From the NCBI GenBank assembly GCA_963619535.1, contig CAVEWV010000004.1, positions 1,983-65,982 of the forward strand: DNA of 64,000 bases. Reading direction: 5' to 3'. The DNA is from Acutalibacteraceae bacterium. GTDB lineage: Bacteria > Actinomycetota > Coriobacteriia > Coriobacteriales > UMGS124. The notes beneath the pieces are model-generated. The model was not told where the DNA came from and searched no databases. It was given only the letters and a program-made list of their open reading frames with translations. The position numbers and the translations under genes are program-made. Of this stretch, positions 44,970-53,200 are shown in pieces; within the stretch, counting starts at the first letter, position 1; each line of letters starts with the position of its first letter.

Positions 44970-46343
44970 CTAGGCAAAGAGCCCGAGCGAGAACCTGTCT
45001 TGCTGGGCGGCGAGGCCGTGGGGATCGCGCAGGTAGCGGTGAAGGTCGCGGGACGTGCGGCACAGGCGCAGGGCGTCGAGGAGAATCGCGACAGCGCCCG
45101 GCAGAAGCGCCGCGACGGCGACGCAGGGGCCCAGGGCGGCCCCGAACGCCTCGAGGCCAAGCGCGAGCGAGGCCAGGGGTGAGAGGCTGCACACCGAGAA
45201 GACTCCCACCATGCCGAGCGCGGCGAAGGCCGCGGGGTCGCAGCCACAGGCGTCGCCGATGGAATACCCCAGGCAGGCGCCGATGCACAGGGCCGGCATC
45301 ACCTCGCCGCCCTTGAGGCCCAGTCCAAGGCAGCACAGGGTGAGGAGCGCCTTGAGGGCGAAGGCCCAGGTATCTACCCCCGCGCCCGAGAGGGCCTCTT
45401 CAATCTGGAGGGAGCCCGTGCCGCAGTAGGCGCGCCCCACCAGGGCGGCGAGGGCGCAGGCGAGCACGGCGCCGACGAGCATGCGCAGCCAAGTGCGCGA
45501 GAAGCGTCGGCTCGTGCATGCACGCAGGGATTTGAGCAGCCAGACGAAGCAAACGCCCACCGCAAGGCAGGCGGCGCACAGGGCGATGAGGGGCCCGATG
45601 CCGTCGCCGATGACGGCCGGGGCGGCTTGGGCATGACCGGCCCACGCTTCCCAGAGGCGACCGACGCCGAACAGCTCGGCCAGCGCCCAGGCCACGACGG
45701 ACGCCACGGGGATGCACAGCGTGCGCCACCTGAGGAGCTCTGCCCGGGAGAGCTTGGCCACCTCGAGCACGAGCAGCGTCGCCGCCACGGGCGCGAAGAG
45801 CAACGCTGAGAAGGCCGCCGCCATGCCCGCCAGGATGAAGGTGCCGCGTGCCTGCGCGATGTCGTCGAGGGCGCGGGCCAGGGTCGTGTTGCGGCCTTTT
45901 TGCGCGCACGTGTTGCCGAGGCGGCCGACTTGGGCCGCGAGGGAGCCGCCGAGCTGCAGGGCCGCGGCCTCCTTGCCCACCGACCCCGACCCCAACAGCG
46001 AAAGGGCCGTGCCCATAAGGATCGCCGGGGCGAGCTTGGGCGAGAGGGGCTCGCCCGTGCGGGCGTGGGTAAACACGGTCGCCGTGGTGAGGGCGTTGTC
46101 GACGCCCAGGGCGCGGTAGAGGCCATAGGCGGCGAGCGCGCAGGCAGGCAGGGCGTAGGCGAGGGGAGAAAACGCGGCGTTGGCGTCCTGGGCCAGCTCG
46201 CAGACCTCCGACAGCAGGACCGCCCCGCCGCCGCAGGCAAGGCCCACGCACATGCTTGCCAGCAGCCACACGAGGGCCGCGAGCGCGCGTTGCGCCGGGG
46301 TGGGCGGCTTGTTCGGGGTGTTGTGGGCGTGGGTCGATGGCAT
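44970..46343 (-). CDS. ClC-family (voltage-gated chloride channel type) membrane protein, ~457 aa
   Basis: Track ORF 44970..46562. The start at ATG 46343 is tentative because no good RBS is present. ClC-like motifs GSGSVGKEAAALQLGGSLA, LAGMAAAFSALLFAPVAATLLVLE and GLKGGEVMPALCIGACLG. Confidence 0.65.
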   Translation of the reverse strand: MPSTHAHNTPNKPPTPAQRALAALVWLLASMCVGLACGGGAVLLSEVCELAQDANAAFSPLAYALPACALAAYGLYRALGVDNALTTATVFTHARTGEPLSPKLAPAILMGTALSLLGSGSVGKEAAALQLGGSLAAQVGRLGNTCAQKGRNTTLARALDDIAQARGTFILAGMAAAFSALLFAPVAATLLVLEVAKLSRAELLRWRTLCIPVASVVAWALAELFGVGRLWEAWAGHAQAAPAVIGDGIGPLIALCAACLAVGVCFVWLLKSLRACTSRRFSRTWLRMLVGAVLACALAALVGRAYCGTGSLQIEEALSGAGVDTWAFALKALLTLCCLGLGLKGGEVMPALCIGACLGYSIGDACGCDPAAFAALGMVGVFSVCSLSPLASLALGLEAFGAALGPCVAVAALLPGAVAILLDALRLCRTSRDLHRYLRDPHGLAAQQDRFSLGLFA

Positions 46344-46545
46344 GGCGCGGGTCGAGGGCTTGCCTCGGTTCCTCCTCAAGGGGCGTCCGTGGGGGTATGC
46401 AGGGGGCGTCGCGTGTGGGGCATGGGGCGGGGGCGTGCGTGTCGTGCGGCTCGCGGCCGCCGTCGAAGACCGCCTCGCGCCGGGCTTGCGGGTGAGCAGT
46501 CTACTCCTCCACCCCCGGGCTATACCAGGTCGATTGCAACGCCGT

Positions 46546-46588
46546 GCATAAAAGAAGGGCACGTCGCGGGGGTGCGACGCGCCCTTTG
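46546..46588 (-). terminator. Rho-independent terminator of the tcyP-like gene
   Basis: On the minus strand AGGGCGCGTCGC accccc GCGACGTGCCCT is followed by TCTTTTAT. Confidence 0.65.
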
Positions 46589-46625
46589 GGGGATGGGGCT
46601 TGCTGTGGGGAAGCGGCGTGCGGCC

Positions 46626-48038
46626 TTAGTCCTGCGCGGCCTCGGAGGAGACGATGCGCTTCTCGGGGTCGTTGTAGACGTCGCGGTCCAGGCCGCCCAG
46701 GATGTTGGACGAGGTGAGGCCCGCGGTCATGGCGTCGCTGACGTTGAGGGCGGTGCGGCCCATGTCGATGAGGGGCTCCACGGAGGCCATGAGGCCGACG
46801 ATCTCGATGGGAAGGCCCATGGTGCCCAGGACGATGAGGCTCGCGAAGGTCGCGCCGCCGCCCACACCGGCAACACCGAAGGAGCTGATGACGATGATGG
46901 CGATGAGGCCGACGACCCAGGTGGGGTCGAAGACGTTGATGCCGACGGTGGGCGCGATCAGGGTGGCCATCATGGCCGGGTAGATGCCCGCGCAGCCGTT
47001 CTGGCCGATGGACATGCCGAAGCTCGCGGCGAAGTTAGCGGTGGCCTCGTCGACGCCGAGGGCCTTGGACTGCGTCTCGATGTTCATGGGCAGGGCGCCG
47101 GCGCTGGTGCGCGACACGAAGGCGAACGACAGGACCGGGAAGGCCTTCTTGAGATAGGTGACGGGCGACAGGCCCTGGGCCGCGATGATGATGAGGTGGA
47201 CGATGAACATCGCGATGATGGCCACGTAGGAGAAGATGATGAACTTGCCCAGGTCCAGGATCGCCTGGAAGTCGCTCGTGGCGAGGACCTTCGTGATGAG
47301 GGCGAGGACGCCGTAGGGCGTGAGGCCCACGACCATCTTGACGATGCACATCACGATGCCGTAGAGGGAGTCGATGATGTCATGGAAGAGCGCGGCCTGC
47401 TTCTCGTCGCGGTTGCGCAGCTTGAGATAGGCCAGGCCCACGATGGCGGAGAAGATGACCACGGCGATGGTGGAGGTGGAGCGGCCGCCCGCCAGGTCGG
47501 AGAAGACGTTGGTGGGGATGAACGAGAGGATCGTGGCCGGGATGGTCTGGTCGGCGACGGTGGCCTGGCGCGTCTCGAGGCTCTCGAGCTTGGCGGCGTC
47601 AACGCTGCCCTGCGTGAAGTCGGCGCCGGCCAGGCCGGACAGGGCGATGGTGGCCCAGCCGAAGAGGGCCGCGATGGCCACGGTGCCCAGCAGCACGGCA
47701 AGCACGCTGCCGCCCATCTTGCCCAGGTTCTCGGTGGCCTTGGTGCGCGTGAAGGCGCCCACGATGGCCACGAACACCAGCGGCATCACGAGCATCTTGA
47801 GCAGGTCGATGTAGCCCGTGCCCACGAGCGACATCCAGTCGAGCGCCGTCGTGGCGGCATCGGAGCCGCGGCCGAGCACGAGCTGCATGGCCACGCCGAG
47901 CACCACGCCCAGGCCCAGGGCGGTGAAGACGCGGAACGTGAAGCTCTTGCTCTTGTTCTTGAGGATCTTCAGAACCGCCAACAACGCGACGAACACGGCC
48001 AGGGTCGCAAGGACTGGCCCCAAAACCTCGAAGTCCAT
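46626..48038 (-). CDS. tcyP: L-cystine transporter TcyP-like (dicarboxylate/amino acid:cation symporter family), 470 aa
   Basis: Track ORF 46626..49055, trimmed to ATG 48038 (GAGGGAGA upstream). The N-terminus LKNKSKSFTFRVFTALGLGVVLG resembles B. subtilis TcyP. DAACS motifs SRTSAGALPMN and GMSIGQNGCAGIYPAMMA. Confidence 0.75.
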   Translation of the reverse strand: MDFEVLGPVLATLAVFVALLAVLKILKNKSKSFTFRVFTALGLGVVLGVAMQLVLGRGSDAATTALDWMSLVGTGYIDLLKMLVMPLVFVAIVGAFTRTKATENLGKMGGSVLAVLLGTVAIAALFGWATIALSGLAGADFTQGSVDAAKLESLETRQATVADQTIPATILSFIPTNVFSDLAGGRSTSTIAVVIFSAIVGLAYLKLRNRDEKQAALFHDIIDSLYGIVMCIVKMVVGLTPYGVLALITKVLATSDFQAILDLGKFIIFSYVAIIAMFIVHLIIIAAQGLSPVTYLKKAFPVLSFAFVSRTSAGALPMNIETQSKALGVDEATANFAASFGMSIGQNGCAGIYPAMMATLIAPTVGINVFDPTWVVGLIAIIVISSFGVAGVGGGATFASLIVLGTMGLPIEIVGLMASVEPLIDMGRTALNVSDAMTAGLTSSNILGGLDRDVYNDPEKRIVSSEAAQD

Positions 48039-48338
48039 GGAATGTCTCCCTCTCATGAACGGGCGGCCCCTCGGCATCGTGCCGTGCGTAGCCGCCCTAC
48101 AACCGACAATGGCGGCATAGTAGGCGCTTATACCCAGCAATGCAATAGGAATACTGAAATTAATGCCTATAAATCTGGTGGGTTTAGCGGGTTTGAGATG
48201 GCGATGGGCGAAAACGGCCCATGGGGAGGCGATTCGCGGCCGCAAGCCGAAGCCCCGCGGGGCCTCGCAGCCTGCCGGCCGGCGGGGGAGTAGCATGTCG
48301 CAACCTGTTCGAGTTGCCCAGACGAGGGAGAGGGAAGC

Positions 48339-49370
48339 ATGGCACTGGAGTGGAAAGACGTTTGCGCGGCCGCCAGGCCGCTTGTGGGGCCCGCGTGCAA
48401 GGCCTGCGTCGTGTGCGACGGGCGTGCCTGCAAGAACGCGATACCCGGCCCGGGTGCCAAGGGCACGGGAGACGTGGCGCAGCGCAACTACGAGGCCTGG
48501 CGCAAGGTCCGCGTGAACATGGACACCATCTATGAGCCGGCGGGCCCCGCCGACACCGCCTGCGAGCTCTTCGGCCGCAGCTGGTCGATGCCGCTGTTCA
48601 TCGCCCCCGTGGGAGACGTGAACCGCCATTACGGGCCCAGCATCGACACGCTCGCCTACAACCGCATGTCGATCGCCGCCGCACGCGCCGAGGGCGTCGC
48701 CGCCTTCACGGGCGACGGTGTGGCCCTGGGGCTCTTCGAGGGGTCCTGCGAGGCCATCGGCCAGGCGCAGGGTGCGGGCGTCCCCACGGTGAAGCCCTGG
48801 AGCGGCGAGGCCCTCGAGAGGCGCCTGGAGCTGGCGCGGGCCTGCGGCTCCTTCGCGGTCGCCATGGACGTGGACGCGGCGGGCCTGCCGTTCCTCAAGG
48901 GCCTCGAGCCGCCCGCAGGCCCCAAGTCCGTCGCGCAGCTGCGCGAGATTGCCGACAGCCTCGAGGTGCCGTTCATCGTGAAGGGCGTCATGACCCCGCA
49001 GGCGGCCTTGAGGGCCGTCGAGGCCGGGGCGTCCGCCGTGGTCGTGAGCAACCACGGCGGACGCGTGCTTGACGGGTGCCCTGCGACGGCCGAGGTGCTG
49101 CCGCGGATCGCACGCGCCGTCGACGGGCGGGTGAAGGTCCTCGTGGACGGCGGCATCCGCAGCGGCCTGGACGTGTTCCGCGCCCTTGCCCTGGGGGCCG
49201 ACGGCGCGCTCGTGTGCCGGCCCTTCGTGGTCGCGGCCTTCGGCGCGGGCGAGGACGGCATCCGCCTGCTCCTTGCACGCTTCCGGACCGAGCTCGCCGA
49301 CACCATGGAGATGTGCGGGGCCTCAAGGCTGTCCGACATCGGCCCGGAGATGCTCTGGGCGCAGGGCTAG
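48339..49370 (+). CDS. FMN-dependent alpha-hydroxy-acid oxidizing enzyme (lactate/glycolate oxidase family), 343 aa
   Basis: GAGGGAGAGGGA upstream of the start. Motifs PFIVKGV, VVVSNHGGR and VLVDGGIRSGLDVFRALALGA. N-terminal Cys-rich CKACVVCDGRAC. Confidence 0.85.
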   Translation: MALEWKDVCAAARPLVGPACKACVVCDGRACKNAIPGPGAKGTGDVAQRNYEAWRKVRVNMDTIYEPAGPADTACELFGRSWSMPLFIAPVGDVNRHYGPSIDTLAYNRMSIAAARAEGVAAFTGDGVALGLFEGSCEAIGQAQGAGVPTVKPWSGEALERRLELARACGSFAVAMDVDAAGLPFLKGLEPPAGPKSVAQLREIADSLEVPFIVKGVMTPQAALRAVEAGASAVVVSNHGGRVLDGCPATAEVLPRIARAVDGRVKVLVDGGIRSGLDVFRALALGADGALVCRPFVVAAFGAGEDGIRLLLARFRTELADTMEMCGASRLSDIGPEMLWAQG

Positions 49371-49456
49371 CGAGCGGGGTCCGGGCCCCGGGCGCGGGGC
49401 CGACGGGTGTTGGACTGGCGTCCGCCGGCCCCGTGCCTTGCCGCCCCGCGCCGGGT

Positions 49457-50263
49457 TCAGGCCGCCCAGATGGCCAGCGTGCGCCAGGGCTGGAACGCCA
49501 GGTCGCTCGAGCAGGTGACGAGGGTGATGCAGCGGGTCGCGCAGGCGAGCAGCTCGGGAGCCTGCGCCGAGACGGCGCTCGCCTGCGACGCTATTCCCCA
49601 GAGCCACTCGCGAAACGCCGCGTCGCCCTCTTGCCAGCCGAAGCGCTGTATCTCGGCCCAGGAGCTCTCCGAGCGAAGGGCGCAGAGTGGACGGGCCGCG
49701 AGGCGGCCCTGCTCGGTCTCCCAGGCAAGGGCGCCGAGACGCTCGAACTCCCCCTGCTCGAAGACGTTCTGCAGCTCGGAGAACATGGCGTCGGTGCTCG
49801 TCATGTGGTGCGCGTACACGGCCACGTGGGGGCCGTCCGCCCCGGGGCAGCGCCAGTCCATGAAGGGCGTGCCGCTCTGCGCCGAGGCCCCCCACAGGTC
49901 GTGTGTGAGGTACCAGGCCTGCTCGGACTCGCTTGCCGTCTGGACCACGGGCAGGTCGATGTTGGTGCCCGCGACGCTGACCCACGCCCGGCACGCGGGG
50001 TTTGCCCGATGCAGGGCCTCCCAGTCGTGAAGATGCCCAGCGTCGGCCCCCGCCGCCTCGTCTTGATTGGTCGAGGGGGCCTCCCTGACTGTCGCGAGGC
50101 TGGCCTTGCGGGCAAGCGTGCGGTACGAGCCGGCCGTCAGGGCCTCGTGCACCACGCTGGCGACCCCGCACCCCATGCAGGCCGCCCCGCAGGCGAGCAC
50201 CGCCGCGCCGACCACGCGGCGGCGACTCACCACAGGCCCGCGCCATGCCAGCCTAGTGCCCAT
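49457..50263 (-). CDS. srtB: Class B sortase, 268 aa
   Basis: N-terminal TM anchor. AWVSVAGTNIDLPVVQ and VAVYAHHM. Catalytic TLVTCSS, then a conserved Arg region. The start overlaps the 3' end of the upstream adhesin gene by 11 nt. Confidence 0.8.
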   Translation of the reverse strand: MGTRLAWRGPVVSRRRVVGAAVLACGAACMGCGVASVVHEALTAGSYRTLARKASLATVREAPSTNQDEAAGADAGHLHDWEALHRANPACRAWVSVAGTNIDLPVVQTASESEQAWYLTHDLWGASAQSGTPFMDWRCPGADGPHVAVYAHHMTSTDAMFSELQNVFEQGEFERLGALAWETEQGRLAARPLCALRSESSWAEIQRFGWQEGDAAFREWLWGIASQASAVSAQAPELLACATRCITLVTCSSDLAFQPWRTLAIWAA

Positions 50264-53200
50264 TGCGGGGATGCCAACCGGGGATCGGCTTGGACCGCGT
50301 GGGCCTGATGTGCCCGCTTACGGCCTGGCAGGCGGGCGCTTGCGCCCCATCGCCGTCCCCGACGACGCACGTCCCGGTGCTTTCGGCCATGGGCGCCGTC
50401 GCCTTCCTGCGCACGACGAGGACAAGCCCGGCCATGGCGCAAGCCCCGCCGCCGCCGATCATGGCGGCCCAGGCCATTCCCTGCCCGGTCTGGGGCATAT
50501 CCCCCTGCGGCGCAGGCAAGACGGGCTTGGGCTCCACCAGGCTCACCGTCTGGCCCTCGTCGTTGTAGTCGCGATGCTCGGCCAAGGTCTTGCCGTCGCG
50601 CTGCAGGGTCTCCAGAAAGACGACCTTCTTGCCTGCGAGCTTGCTCGCGTCCAGGGTTGCCGTCACGTCGAGCGTCGTCGCGGCCTTCGTGGGCACGAAG
50701 CGCGTGCTCGAGGAGAGCAGGGCCTCGTGGGTGTCGGCCAGCACCAGCTCCGTCACGAGCGAGTAGGACTGGCCGGGGATGAGGCCGCGCATCTCGACGC
50801 GGTCGACGAGCTTAGCGTCCTTGGCCGCCTCCACCTCGTGGTCGCCGTCGGCCGGGTCGGTGGCGGTGGTGCGGATGTCCACGAACGTCACGGTCTGGGA
50901 CGCGTCCTCAAGGTTTGCGTGGACGGCGATCTCGCGGCCCTCGAACGTCAAGCTCTCGAAGGCGACGGCCTGCTTGCCCGCAAGCTGCGTGGCGTCGAAG
51001 GCAAAGCGCACGCTCACGCTGCCCCTGGAGCCCGTCGCCTTGAAGGTCCCGGAGGCTGTGACAGCCTTGCCTGCGGCGTCGAGGATCGCCTTGCCCGTCT
51101 CCTTGTCCACAAGCCTGCCGCTTACGCCATAGGTCTTGCCCACCTCGAGGCCGTCGTAGGCCACGAGGTCGGTGAGGGCCACCGTTGCGCCCGCAGCGCA
51201 CTCGTGCAGGCCGGTCGTCTCCTCGGTGAGGGCGGTGCGTAGGTTGGGCGTCTTGAAACTCACCGTCTGGTCGGCGTCGGCAAGGTCGCGGTGCGATGCC
51301 ACGAGCTGCCAGCCGCCCGCCTGCTCGCCCGTTCCCTGCGTGGCGATGTACAGGTCCTCAAAGGCCACCACGGCGCCCTCGCGCACACCGCCGACCGCCT
51401 TGAACGTCACCTTCACGCTGCCCGTATCCGAGGAAGCCTGGAAGGTGGTCGAGGCGCTCAGCTCCTTTCCGGCGGCGTCGGTGAGGGCCTTGCCCGTCGC
51501 GGCGTCGTACAGGCCGCCGACAAGCTTGTAAGTGGAGCCGGAAAGGACGTTGGCGTACTCCACGGTGTCCACCAGGTCGATGGGGCTCTCGCCCATGATG
51601 GAGTGCGAGTCCTGCGACGTTGCGAGCGTGGTGGCGACCTTGGGGACGGTCACGGTCTGGGACTCGTCGTGTATGTCGGCGTGCACGGCAAGCTCGCGGC
51701 CCTCGCTTTCGAGCCTCTCGAAGGCGACGATGGACTTGCCCGCCAGGCCCCTGGCGTCGAAGGTGAAGCGCACGGTGGCCGTGCCCGCCGCACCCGCCGC
51801 AGTGAACTGCGCCTGCGCGGTGATGGGCTTGCCGTCGGCGCCCACGAGCTCCGAGGCGCTCTCCTTGTCCATGAGCGTGCCGGTGAGCGTGTAGGTCTTG
51901 CCGAGCTTGAGGTTGGCGTAGGTCACCGTGTCGCTCAGGACGAGCGTCTCGGCCGCGTTGGCGATGTGCAGGCCGGTCTGGTCGCAGGCGAGCGATGTCG
52001 CTATCTGGGGAGGCTCGCCGACCTCGACGCTTTGCTCGGCGCTTGCCAGGTCGGTATGGGCCGCATACAGCTGGCCCGCCTCGTCATACACGCTGTGCCG
52101 CGCCACGACCGTCGTGCCTGCGAGGTTGGACAGGTCGCAGGCCACCTCGACCGAATACATCCCGCTTCCCGCAAGTTCAAGCACCTTCGTCGCCCGCAGC
52201 GTTCGGCCCTGCGCGTCGCTCAGCACGTTGCCCTGCGCGTCGCACAGCTCCACGGCGGCGGTGTACGTCCCCGCCTCGAAGTGGTCGTAGCGCGCCGTGT
52301 CGGTAAGCACCTCGTCGGCCATGGCATAGCCGGAATGCGTGCCGTCGCGGCTGAGCAGCTCGGTGGAGAGGGTGGGGATCCAGGTGTCCACGACCTGTCC
52401 GAGCTCTATGACCTGCCCGTTTTGCGAGACGCTCGCCGCGAGCGTGACGAGGTGCGTGCCGGCGCTCGCGCTGCTCTCAAGCTCGGTGAGCGTGTAAGTG
52501 TCGTAGGGGAGCGCCCCTAGGTCGTCGCTGATGCCTCCGGCCTGCTCCTGCGTGCCAAAGAACCACACGCCGGCGTCTGGGGAGAGCTTCGACTCGTCGA
52601 TCGTTCCTGTTACGTAATCATATGCGGCGTCGTTTGCATTGGTGCTGGCCAGGTGCGAGCGTGCGGAGGCGGAGGTGTCGAGCCTGCCCGCGTCATCCGT
52701 GAGCACGACGTGGCTCTCGCCGGTGGTGTCGCTCGTCATGAGGAAGGCGACTCCGGCCATCGCCTGGCCGCTCTCGCCGTCCACCTTCTCAAGCGCGAGG
52801 TCGCCGCGCACCACCTGGTCGGCGAAGGGGAGCTCGCACCAGGCCACCTCGCCGGGGGCGTGCACCTCGACCGTCTGGATGGCGGAGTCGACGAGGTATC
52901 CCGTCCCCGGGACGTTCTCACAGACCAGATAGGTGCCGAAGGGCAGGGTGGAGTCGGAGCCGTCACCATCCTCGTCCGTCGTCGCCACGCCGTCGCGCAC
53001 GACGATGGTCGTGATGGGTGTTGCTGCGCCCTGTCGCACGGAATCGACGGTCTCAGGGGCGTATGTCACATCGTCTACCTCCACGTTTTCCTGGCTCGCG
53101 TTGTAGATGGCAAACGTCGCGCCGTCCAGCGAGGCGGCCCCGCGGGCTGCGGACTCGCCCGTCTCGGCATCCACCTTGCGAAGCCCCAGGCCGCCCTTGA

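Noticed and set aside
44781-45182. The 133-aa ORF containing VEMDVHYSAVGIVTRIEA as a real small gene.
   Set aside because: Only 17 residues match the activase. The rest overlaps the 3' end of the ClC gene on the opposite strand and has a shadow-ORF composition. It is better explained as a 53-bp gene remnant.
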